Shown piece after piece: positions 19,567 through 28,348 of a DNA stretch of 32,000 bases. Below the pieces are notes generated by a model. That model was not told the DNA's origin. It worked only from the letters and a program-made list of their open reading frames with translations, and did not search any database. Source of the stretch: Candidatus Harpocratesius repetitus (GTDB lineage: Archaea > Asgardarchaeota > Lokiarchaeia > Sigyniarchaeales > Promethearchaeaceae). The position numbers and the translations under genes were made by a program. Location of the stretch: positions 690,001 through 722,000 of the forward strand of contig JAIZWK010000001.1 of assembly GCA_021498095.1 (NCBI GenBank), read 5' to 3'. Within the stretch, counting starts at the first letter, position 1. Every line of letters begins with the position of its first letter.

Positions 19567-19650
19567 CTGTTTTGTTCACCAAATAACAAATATTAAGAAA
19601 TTTGTCGGAGAGTAATTAAAGAAAAAATGGATGGAAGTTTTCTTAATTAT

Positions 19651-19872
19651 CTATATTCCTTCAAAATAAGAAATAACAGAAATAAATTGTTCTTCAATCC
19701 AATTATAAATATTTGTTACAATTCCAATTAACATTAAAAATAATATTAAAGATAGCGCAATTAATAATCCAGATTCGAGCATTGATCCTCCTGAATTGTC
19801 ATTTAATAATAATTTAATTTTCATCCATATTTTTTTTGAGTTCTTAATAAGTTTCTTTTTTATCATAATCAT
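19651..19872 (-). CDS. Short Flp-like/class III signal peptide pilin
   Basis: Basic leader, then NSG|GSMLE with Glu at +5, followed by the hydrophobic stretch SGLLIALSLILFLMLIGIV. The start may be the Met at 19824. Confidence 0.75.
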   Translation of the reverse strand: MIMIKKKLIKNSKKIWMKIKLLLNDNSGGSMLESGLLIALSLILFLMLIGIVTNIYNWIEEQFISVISYFEGI

Positions 19873-20056
19873 TAATTTTAAAGAAGAATAAAAATTCCGA
19901 AATTTTAAAATTAGCTTTCCACTAATAATATTGTTTAGGATTTAAAGATTTACGTTGTTTTATAACAATGAGGAACCTCGCTTCTTATTCTTGACCGAGG
20001 GAATTAAAGATGAGAATCTAATCTTAGAATAGAAACGTCTTTGATATTACAATGTA

Positions 20057-20179
20057 ATGATTTTTCAAATGAACTGTAATTATCAAATTGAAACGACTAA
20101 GATCCTCGAAGAAAGGGAAAAAAAGCGCAAAATTTGTCAAGAGTTTGCTTTGAGTGTCCCGACTAGTTGGATGTCTTAG
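20057..20179 (+). CDS. Putative 40-aa small protein (MIFQMNCNYQIETTKILEEREKKRKICQEFALSVPTSWMS)
   Basis: ATG at 20057 to TAG at 20179, divergent from the pilin operon, with a charged helical composition. Absent from the ORF track and has no homology support. Confidence 0.25.
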   Translation: MIFQMNCNYQIETTKILEEREKKRKICQEFALSVPTSWMS

Positions 20180-20228
20180 TATATATAACAATATACACAA
20201 AAAAGCGGGTATTAAATCCATAAACATA

Positions 20229-23200
20229 TTATATTTTTATTTTTTTTATTCTTCTTCTTTTAGGTTTAAACTTGATAATTTTTCGTTTTTTTAAAAAATA
20301 AATTCCAAATAGAGCAGACCCAAAACCAAGAAATATTGAAATAGGTTCTTTAATTGTTTCATAATTAAATTCTACTTTGTATATTTTAGAATATTCATCA
20401 ATATCTCCGTTAAAATCTAAAATTTTCAATGAAATATTAATAAATTTATTTGGGTTTGAAATATAAAGAGTAATTTCACTTGTATTGGTTGAATAAACAT
20501 TAGAATCAACAAACCAAATTAACTTTCCAGGTTGGTTTCCAATCAATCCATCAAAAATAAACTTGATATATGTCTGTCTCTTTACTTTTGAAGTATTTGC
20601 GAAAAACGATGAAAATGGGAATAAATCTTTAACTATAGATAAGTTACTAAAAATAAAATAATCTTTGTCACCATCAAAATCAAACACATTTAATGAAACG
20701 GTATAGTTTCCTGGAGTTTCATAAAAATGTATTGGGTTTCTTTCATTTGATTTACATCCATCCCCAAAGTTCCAATAATACTGTAGATGTCCATTCCCTT
20801 CATTTCCGCAAAATATGAATGCAATTTCTTGCTTTTCTACTGCAGTTGTGCTATTTATTATAAATTGGGCTGTTGGGAATAAATCTGATAAAACATAAAT
20901 ATTCATATTTTCAATTATTTGGATATCTCCATCCCAATCCTTCACAATTAAAGAAATAGAGAAATTTCCTACTTTTTGATATAAATGTACTGGAGTTACT
21001 TTACTTGAATTAAAACCATCTCCAAAATCCCAAAAAAATTGAAAAGGTTCATTTCCATATACTCCTTTTGTTGTAAAATTAATTTTTTGTCCTAAAACTA
21101 TTTTGCTTGAATTGAGAATACAAGAAATTTTAGGAAATATATCTTCTTCTACTATTATAGAACATTGAGTTTGGAATTTATCACCATCTGAATCAATAAC
21201 TAATAAAGTAATAGTATAATTTCCTGATGAAGTAAATATATATAAGATACTTACATTCGATGAAATATTTCCATCACTTATATTCCAATAATATGAAAAA
21301 GGTAAATTTCCTTGAAATATATTTGCGCTAATTAAAATGGGTGAGTTTTCAATAATACGACTTGTATTTAACTGAATATTTACTAACGGAGCGAAATCTT
21401 CTTTGACAATAATGATATTATGCTTAGCGCATGTGTCAATATCAAAATTGATATCCATTATTGAAAGATATATTGAATAAACTCCAGGATTTTGATAAAT
21501 ATGAGATGGATTTTCTAAGGATGAATTAAATCCATCTCCAAAGTCCCAAAAAAAAGTTACATTTCCATTGCCTATTGATCCAGTAAACCAAAAATATATT
21601 ATTTGACCAGCAATAATTTCTTCAGAACTAATTGAAAATTGTGCTTGAGGTATTCTATTTTCTCTTATATCAATTATTGAATAAGTTGAAAAGAAATCAC
21701 CATTTCCATCCAGAATTTCAATTGAAACATTAAATATCCCTGACATCATATAAGAATGGATTGGATTGAGTTCATTTGAAATATTCCCATCCCCAAAATT
21801 CCATAAAACTTTAACAGGTTCATTACCAAAACAACCAATAAAATCAAAAGTAATCTGATCTTCACTAAAATAATCTTTTTGAACAAATGAGATTATCCCT
21901 TGAGGTTTTTTATCTTCTTGAATTGAAATGTTTATCGAAATTATATCGATTTGATCGTTTTTATCTTTTAAAATTAATGTCACTTGATATACTCCAATTT
22001 CAGTATAAAAATAACTTGGATCTACCTTCAATGAATGATTTCCATCTCCAAAATCCCAAAAGAATTTAGTTGGTTCATTTCCTTTTGACCCTGTAAAATT
22101 AAATTGAATCTGTTGGTTAACGAATAAAAAATCTTGGTTAATTGTGAAATTTGCTTGAGGAAGTAAATCAATTCCAATTATTATAGTAATTAAGTAAACT
22201 GAAATATCTCCATCACTATCTTGAACTGCAAGACTTACATTATAGAAACCTTCAAAAAGATAAATGTGTATAGGATTCGTTATAGTTGAGTTAGCTCCAT
22301 CTCCAAAGTCCCAAAAGAATTTAGTTGGATCATTTCCTTTTGACCCTGTGAAATTAAATTGAATCTGTTGATTAACGAATAAAAAATCTTGGTTAATTGT
22401 GAAATTTGCTTGAGGAAATAACTCTGTTTCAATTTTTATAGTAATTAAGTAAACTGAAATATCTCCATCACTATCTTGAACTGCAAGACTTACATTATAG
22501 AAACCTTCAAAAAGATAAATGTGTATAGGATTCGTTATAGTTGAGTTAGCTCCATCTCCAAAGTCCCAAAAGAATTTAGTTGGATCATTTCCTTTTGATC
22601 CTGTGAAATTAAATTGAATCTGTTGATTAACGAATAAAAAGTCCTGGTTAATTGTGAAATTTGCTTGAGGAAGTAAATCAATTCCAATTTTTATAGTAAT
22701 TAAGTAACTTGAAATATTTCCATCATTATCTTGAAGCGTAAGACTTACATTATAAAAACCTTCAAAAAGATAAATGTGTATAGGATTCGTTATAGTCGAG
22801 TTAGCTCCATCTCCAAAGTCCCAAAAGAATTTAGTTGGATCATTTCCTTTTGACCCTGTGAAATTAAATTGAATCTGTTGATTAACGAATAAAAAATCTT
22901 GGATAATTGTGAAATTTGCTTGAGGAAGTAAATCAATTCCAATTATTATAGTAATTAAGTAAACTGAAATATCTCCATCATTATCTTGAAGCGTAAGACT
23001 TACGTTATAGAAACCTTCAAAAAGATAAATGTGTATAGGATTCGTTATAGTTGAGTTAGCTCCATCTCCAAAGTCCCAAAAGAATTTAGTTGGATCATTT
23101 CCTTTTGACCCTATGAAATTAAATTGAATCTGTTGATTAACGAATAAAAAGTCTTGGTTAATTGTGAAATTTGCTTGAGGAAGTAAATCAATTCCAATTT

Positions 23201-26120
23201 TTATAGTAATTAAGTAAACTGAAATATCTCCATCATTATCTTGAAGCGTAAGACTTACATTATAAAAACCTTCAAAAAGATAAATGTGTATAGGATTCGT
23301 TTCAGTTGAGTTAGCTCCATCTCCAAAGTCCCAAAAGAATTTAGTTGGATCATTTCCTTTTGACCCTGTGAAATTAAATTGAATCTGTTGATTAACGAAT
23401 AAAAAGTCTTGGTTAATTGTGAAATTTGCTTGAGGAAGTAAATCAATTCCAATTTTTATAGTAATTAAGTAAACTGAAATATCTCCATCATTATCTTGAA
23501 GCGTAAGACTTACATTATAAAAACCTTCAAAAAGATAAATGTGTATAGGATTCGTTATAGTTGAGTTAGCTCCATCTCCAAAGTCCCAAAAGAATTTAGT
23601 TGGATCATTTCCTTTTGACCCTGTGAAATTAAATTGAATCTGTTGATTAACGAATAAAAAGTTCTGGTTAATTGTGAAATTTGCTTGAGGAAATAACTCT
23701 GTTTCAATTTTTATAGTAATTAAGTAAACTGAAATATCTTCATCACTATCTTGAACTGCAAGACTTACATTATAGAAACCTTCAAAAAGATAAATGTGTA
23801 TAGGATTCGTTATAGTTGAGTTAGCTCCATCTCCAAAGTCCCAAAAGAATTTAGTTGGATCATTTCCTTTTGACCCTGTGAAATTAAATTGAATCTGTTG
23901 ATTAACGAATAAAAAGTCCTGGTTAATTGTGAAATTTGCTTGAGGAAGTAAATCAATTCCAATTTTTATAGTAATTAAGTAAACTGAAATATCTCCATCA
24001 TTATCTTGAAGCGTAAGACTTACATTATAAAAACCTTCAAAAAGATAAATGTGTATAGGATTCGTTTCAGTTGAGTTAGCTCCATCTCCAAAGTCCCAAA
24101 AGAATTTAGTTGGATCATTTCCTTTTGACCCTGTGAAATTAAATTGAATCTGTTGATTAACGAATAAAAAATCTTGGATAATTGTGAAATTTGCTTGAGG
24201 AAGTAAATCAATTCCAATTTTTATAGTAATTAAGTAAACTGAAATATCTCCATCATTATCTTGAAGCGTAAGACTTACATTATAAAAACCTTCAAAAAGA
24301 TAAATGTGTATAGGATTCGTTTCAGTTGAGTTAGCTCCATCTCCAAAGTCCCAAAAGAATTTAGTTGGATCATTTCCTTTTGATCCTGTGAAATTAAATT
24401 GAATCTGTTGATTAACGAATAAAAAATCTTGGTCAATAGTGAAATTTGATTGTGGAATTATATTTTTGATTACAACAATATAAGATATCTTTTCACAAGT
24501 AATTTGATGTTCTTCTTCATCAGTTATTGTCAATGATATTGAATAATTTCCCATTTCACAATAAGAGTGTATTGGGTTAGTTTCAGTTGAGTTAGTTCCA
24601 TCTCCAAAATCCCAAAACAAAAAAAATAGACCAGTACCAGTTAATCCTGTAAATTGAAATGAAATATCTTCATTTTCATATGATAAAGTTATATTTGATT
24701 TGAAATCAGGGAATAAGGGTCGAAATATTTCTATTGTATTTGATAAAGAACTAGATACAATTGTTGTTCCAGAAAAAAAAATTCTAAAATAATAAATAGA
24801 AATATTTGCAAAATTATCAATTTTTTTCAATTCCGACCAAAGTAATGCAAAACTTAATTTCGATTGATTATCTTCAAATTTTGAAATTGAAAAATTGAGT
24901 GATTCCCATTCTTCATCTATTTTTAATTGTAAATCAAACATTGAAGAATTATATTGATAGATGTTTTTTTGCATATTATCTTGAAGAGTAAACATGATAG
25001 ATTCATTAACTGTAAAATTTTTACAAAAAAGTGTCAAATTCAATGATTGTTGATAAAAGTTAATCGAAAATGTGTTATTTATTATGTAATAATTTGAAGA
25101 ATTTCCCCATAAACTAAAAGAAAAATTTCCGATCTTTTTTGGATTTTCAAATTTAATATTAGATATATTATATTCTATATTAATTGAGATAAAAACTAAA
25201 TTTGATCTTAATTCCCATTCAATACCTTCAAGATTTATTGATGAATTATTTGAATCTACAACGAAAAAATCAAATTCAATAAAATCATTGTTAACATCAA
25301 CTTCTTCTGCTGAATTGTTAATGAAATTAATATACGATATACAAGGCTCTATTTCTACATCTAAAATTATTTGGTTTTTGATAAATTCTTCATTTTCGGG
25401 TATATTTAAAACTAGAGTATAGTTTCCTATATCAGTAATATTAAAATCAAAGAAATTAATTACTAAAATTCCTGAATTATTTAGTTCATATTGAGAATAA
25501 TAGGAAACTGTTTCATTTTTAATTAATTCACAAAATAATTCTCCAAAATCATATGCTTTGGTCATATTTTCGAATGCAATAATTTGATTTTCATATAATC
25601 TGTAGTTATTAAATTCCAAAGAGATTTTCTGATGATTATTAAATAAAGATGGTGTATATTTTGAAATATTGACACTAGTTGGATATTTGTCAACCACAGA
25701 ATTACTTGGTTCATCATTAATGTAAAGGAAAAATGTTAAAACTAACCAATATTGTTTTGTCAACATTCTTTGATTCAATGACAATTCAGTTAAGTTAATA
25801 TTTGTATATAATTCATGATATCCATTATTTTCAGGGCAGTCTATTATATAAATTGATTTTTCAAATAATAGATCGATTGATAGACTTTCTGGGGTTTCAT
25901 TCAAAAAAAAGATTTTTACTCCTAAATTCTCTGAGGTTTGAGAATAATAATTCCAAGTAGCATTTATTTTTATTAATTCATCTATAAAATAGTTTTCTTT
26001 ATCTGTTTCAATTTTTGGTGGTGGATCTAATGCAAAAAAAGCATTTACCACAATAAAATAATCTAAAATCGCCGTTATACAAAGGAAAAGAGTGATTGAA
26101 ATAATTAAAGTTTTTTTCAT
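20229..26120 (-). CDS. Giant PKD-repeat cell-surface protein (about 17 PKD domains, 1963 aa)
   Basis: Repeated WDFGDG...NPIH.Y...G.Y.VSL PKD motif. N-terminal signal/TM, C-terminal TM (ISIFLGFGSALFGIYFL) and a basic tail. Confidence 0.92.
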   Translation of the reverse strand: MKKTLIISITLFLCITAILDYFIVVNAFFALDPPPKIETDKENYFIDELIKINATWNYYSQTSENLGVKIFFLNETPESLSIDLLFEKSIYIIDCPENNGYHELYTNINLTELSLNQRMLTKQYWLVLTFFLYINDEPSNSVVDKYPTSVNISKYTPSLFNNHQKISLEFNNYRLYENQIIAFENMTKAYDFGELFCELIKNETVSYYSQYELNNSGILVINFFDFNITDIGNYTLVLNIPENEEFIKNQIILDVEIEPCISYINFINNSAEEVDVNNDFIEFDFFVVDSNNSSINLEGIEWELRSNLVFISINIEYNISNIKFENPKKIGNFSFSLWGNSSNYYIINNTFSINFYQQSLNLTLFCKNFTVNESIMFTLQDNMQKNIYQYNSSMFDLQLKIDEEWESLNFSISKFEDNQSKLSFALLWSELKKIDNFANISIYYFRIFFSGTTIVSSSLSNTIEIFRPLFPDFKSNITLSYENEDISFQFTGLTGTGLFFLFWDFGDGTNSTETNPIHSYCEMGNYSISLTITDEEEHQITCEKISYIVVIKNIIPQSNFTIDQDFLFVNQQIQFNFTGSKGNDPTKFFWDFGDGANSTETNPIHIYLFEGFYNVSLTLQDNDGDISVYLITIKIGIDLLPQANFTIIQDFLFVNQQIQFNFTGSKGNDPTKFFWDFGDGANSTETNPIHIYLFEGFYNVSLTLQDNDGDISVYLITIKIGIDLLPQANFTINQDFLFVNQQIQFNFTGSKGNDPTKFFWDFGDGANSTITNPIHIYLFEGFYNVSLAVQDSDEDISVYLITIKIETELFPQANFTINQNFLFVNQQIQFNFTGSKGNDPTKFFWDFGDGANSTITNPIHIYLFEGFYNVSLTLQDNDGDISVYLITIKIGIDLLPQANFTINQDFLFVNQQIQFNFTGSKGNDPTKFFWDFGDGANSTETNPIHIYLFEGFYNVSLTLQDNDGDISVYLITIKIGIDLLPQANFTINQDFLFVNQQIQFNFIGSKGNDPTKFFWDFGDGANSTITNPIHIYLFEGFYNVSLTLQDNDGDISVYLITIIIGIDLLPQANFTIIQDFLFVNQQIQFNFTGSKGNDPTKFFWDFGDGANSTITNPIHIYLFEGFYNVSLTLQDNDGNISSYLITIKIGIDLLPQANFTINQDFLFVNQQIQFNFTGSKGNDPTKFFWDFGDGANSTITNPIHIYLFEGFYNVSLAVQDSDGDISVYLITIKIETELFPQANFTINQDFLFVNQQIQFNFTGSKGNDPTKFFWDFGDGANSTITNPIHIYLFEGFYNVSLAVQDSDGDISVYLITIIIGIDLLPQANFTINQDFLFVNQQIQFNFTGSKGNEPTKFFWDFGDGNHSLKVDPSYFYTEIGVYQVTLILKDKNDQIDIISINISIQEDKKPQGIISFVQKDYFSEDQITFDFIGCFGNEPVKVLWNFGDGNISNELNPIHSYMMSGIFNVSIEILDGNGDFFSTYSIIDIRENRIPQAQFSISSEEIIAGQIIYFWFTGSIGNGNVTFFWDFGDGFNSSLENPSHIYQNPGVYSIYLSIMDINFDIDTCAKHNIIIVKEDFAPLVNIQLNTSRIIENSPILISANIFQGNLPFSYYWNISDGNISSNVSILYIFTSSGNYTITLLVIDSDGDKFQTQCSIIVEEDIFPKISCILNSSKIVLGQKINFTTKGVYGNEPFQFFWDFGDGFNSSKVTPVHLYQKVGNFSISLIVKDWDGDIQIIENMNIYVLSDLFPTAQFIINSTTAVEKQEIAFIFCGNEGNGHLQYYWNFGDGCKSNERNPIHFYETPGNYTVSLNVFDFDGDKDYFIFSNLSIVKDLFPFSSFFANTSKVKRQTYIKFIFDGLIGNQPGKLIWFVDSNVYSTNTSEITLYISNPNKFINISLKILDFNGDIDEYSKIYKVEFNYETIKEPISIFLGFGSALFGIYFLKKRKIIKFKPKRRRIKKIKI
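22042..24455 (-). repeat. Intragenic tandem repeat, 255-bp (85-aa) unit, 9 full copies plus about half a copy
   Basis: Unit starts (Pro codon, minus strand) fall at 24455, 24200, 23945, 23690, 23435, 23180, 22925, 22670, 22415 and 22160, an exact 255-bp period with near-identical DNA. Confidence 0.97.
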
Positions 26121-26241
26121 AAAATTTTCTTATTTTTTTTATTTTAAAGTCCGATAGAACACAATGTTCAAATTATTTGAGAGCATAATTGAATCATAAA
26201 ATTCAAATTATTAGGTTTATTGTCTTCTTTTGGTGTTAACT

Positions 26242-26442
26242 ATGGGAAAAGTAAGACCTGTGTTTATTAAAAAAGTTTCAAAAGAACTTGTAGAAAAATA
26301 TCCCGATGTATTTTCAGTAGATTTCGAAGAAAATAAAAAGCTTCTTCAAAAATATACAGTTATTCAATCTAAATTGGTAAGAAATCGAGTTGCTGGATAT
26401 CTTACTCATTTAATGAAAAACTGGAAAGAAAAAATTGAATGA
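26242..26442 (+). CDS. rps17e: 30S ribosomal protein S17e (eS17)
   Basis: MGKVRPVFIKK...FSVDFEENK...SKLVRNRVAGYLT. ATG at 26242 is preferred over the ORF-track start at 26230. Confidence 0.95.
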   Translation: MGKVRPVFIKKVSKELVEKYPDVFSVDFEENKKLLQKYTVIQSKLVRNRVAGYLTHLMKNWKEKIE

Positions 26443-26460
26443 TATCGATAAAAGATTGAT

Positions 26461-26853
26461 ATGTCCGAAAAATCTGTTAAAAAAATGGCGAATTTGCTAC
26501 GAAATGGAGCAACAATGTTGGATAAATATTGTCCAAAATGCAACAGTATATTATTCAGATTGCAGAATAATGATATTTTTTGTCCTAATTGTAATAAAGA
26601 TCTCTCAAAAATAAAGAATCAAAAAGCAGATTTAAATGAAAACCGAAAAGTTTTAACAAATTATGGAAATAAAATTAATCAATACCCAGAATCAACAACT
26701 TTTCATGATCTAAATAAAATTTTTTCCAAAAAAATTAATGATCTATGTTTAATGATGGATTCTACAGAAGATTTATATGTTATTGAAAAAATCTTGTCAA
26801 ATATTGATAAAATTCTTTCTATTATGCAAAAATTGAGAGAATTTCAAAAATAA
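26461..26853 (+). CDS. UPF0148 / Sjogren autoantigen p27-like Zn-ribbon protein
   Basis: MANLLRNGATMLDKYCPKC...LF...FCPNC signature. Confidence 0.85.
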   Translation: MSEKSVKKMANLLRNGATMLDKYCPKCNSILFRLQNNDIFCPNCNKDLSKIKNQKADLNENRKVLTNYGNKINQYPESTTFHDLNKIFSKKINDLCLMMDSTEDLYVIEKILSNIDKILSIMQKLREFQK

Positions 26854-26916
26854 AAAATTAGTGTTTTTATTAATAAATAAAATAAAGAAGATAAATGAAA
26901 ATAGTAAATTACTAAT

Positions 26917-26991
26917 GCTTCCATAGTGTAGTTCGGTCAAGCATTTGAGGCTCTCACCCTCAGGACTCGGGTTCAAATCCCGATGGAAGCA
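26917..26991 (+). tRNA. tRNA-Glu (anticodon CTC), intronless, CCA not encoded
   Basis: Acceptor stem GCTTCCA/TGGAAGC, anticodon arm TGAGG-CT[CTC]AC-CCTCA, T-arm CGGG-TTCAAAT-CCCG, followed by a T-tract. Confidence 0.97.
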
Positions 26992-27046
26992 TCCTTTTTT
27001 TTACCTAATTAATTATTGGTTCAAAACAAATAAAAGAGCTTGAAGG

Positions 27047-28348
27047 ATGCACTCGCGGAAACAGATCACAAAGTATTTTTTCATCAAAACCTTTGGATGT
27101 ACTTTTAATTTTGGAGATTCAATGAAAATCGAAGCTCTTCTAAGAAAACAGAAATATTGTAAAACAAGCGAGATTGAATCTTCAGATATTATAATTATTA
27201 ATACTTGTGCTGTAAAGCATGCTACTGAAACAAAAATTTTACATTACATTTTTGACATACGAAAGCAATATCCAGATAAAAGGATGATTGTTACTGGCTG
27301 TCTTCCACAAATTGGGAAAAAAATGTATCAGAAGATTAAATCTCAAATCCATCCAGATGATCTTATTCTAAAACCTGCAGAAATTCACAATATTATTCTC
27401 TCATTAGGAGAATCTTTGAAAACAGATGATATCCTACATAAACCAGAAATTATTCCTGCTCCTTTTAAGAATGGAAATATAGGAATAATTCAAATTTCTG
27501 AAGGTTGTAATAATTCGTGTACTTACTGCTGTACGACGATTGCACGTGGCAAACTTATTTCATTTAATCCAAAAATAATATTAAATCAAATAAAATCTCT
27601 ATATTTAGATGGTATAAATAATTTCTTCTTGACTAGTCAAGATTTAGGTAATTATAATTATTCTGGATATACTTTAGTTGATCTCCTTACAGATATTTCT
27701 AATCTTCAAGGGAATTTTCAGATTAGACTTGGAATGTTAAATCCAGATTATTTAATTAAAAAAATAGATCCCTTTCTTAGGATTTTTATTGACAAGCGAT
27801 TTTATCGATTTATTCATATGCCAATTCAATCTGGAAGTAATCGCATCTTACAGTTAATGAGAAGAAATTATAAAATTGAAGAAATTGAACAAATAATAAA
27901 AAAATTCAAGAAATTTGATAGAAATTTTACTTTTTCAACAGATATAATTGTTGGATTTCCCTCAGAAACAATTAATGATTTTCAAGATAGTGTTAATTTT
28001 ATCAATCAGTGGAAACCTTTTAATCTAAATATTTCAAAATATTCAGTTCGACCTAATACACTAGCAAAAAAAATGAAACAACTTCCTTCTCAAGATATTA
28101 AAAAGAGATCAAAGTATTTAGATGAAGTCTATAAACATTATTCCCATTTATTAAGAATGAACTGGATTGGATGGGAAGGAAAAGTGTTTGTTTCTGATTC
28201 CAATATTCTTAACAGTAATGATAACGGATATTTAACCAGGAATCTTTATAATATTCCAATTTTTATTGAATCCGGAAAAATTGGAACTGTTTCTCATATT
28301 AAAATTGTTAAGATCATTGGGAATAAAATTATCGGAAAAATTACTTAA
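27047..28348 (+). CDS. mtaB: tRNA methylthiotransferase, radical SAM (MtaB/CDKAL1 type)
   Basis: UPF0004 cysteines (TFGCTFN, NTCAVK, TGCLPQ), CxxxCxxC (CNNSCTYC), HMPIQSGS, TDIIVGFP and a C-terminal TRAM-like region. Confidence 0.85.
   Translation: MHSRKQITKYFFIKTFGCTFNFGDSMKIEALLRKQKYCKTSEIESSDIIIINTCAVKHATETKILHYIFDIRKQYPDKRMIVTGCLPQIGKKMYQKIKSQIHPDDLILKPAEIHNIILSLGESLKTDDILHKPEIIPAPFKNGNIGIIQISEGCNNSCTYCCTTIARGKLISFNPKIILNQIKSLYLDGINNFFLTSQDLGNYNYSGYTLVDLLTDISNLQGNFQIRLGMLNPDYLIKKIDPFLRIFIDKRFYRFIHMPIQSGSNRILQLMRRNYKIEEIEQIIKKFKKFDRNFTFSTDIIVGFPSETINDFQDSVNFINQWKPFNLNISKYSVRPNTLAKKMKQLPSQDIKKRSKYLDEVYKHYSHLLRMNWIGWEGKVFVSDSNILNSNDNGYLTRNLYNIPIFIESGKIGTVSHIKIVKIIGNKIIGKIT

Noticed and set aside
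13537-19872. Archaellum operon, or an integrated virus/plasmid carrying cdc6
   Set aside because: No FlaH, FlaF/G or archaellin-length subunit, and no integrase, tRNA att duplication or compositional shift.
19873-19960. Sulfolobus-type DNA-damage element ANTTTC upstream of the pilin gene
   Set aside because: The hexamer is present but expected very often by chance in DNA this AT-rich.
19873-20056. Replication origin (ORB array) next to cdc6
   Set aside because: Only one partial match (AGTGGAAA on the minus strand, 19916-19923), with no repeated ORBs or G-strings. Not enough to call oriC.
1302-23452. Short shadow ORFs (e.g. 1302-1544, 6164-6409, 9164-9394, 9552-9755, 11051-11440, 11169-11531, 12945-13136, 13712-13930, 18296-18514, 20024-20227, 21887-22069, 23255-23452, also 24020-24217)
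   Set aside because: They are antisense or off-frame to well-supported genes, or low-complexity with no motif. The two MELIYFLK ORFs simply mirror the tandem repeat.
22042-24455. CRISPR array or non-coding repeat
   Set aside because: The 255-bp unit is in frame within a CDS and has no unique spacers.
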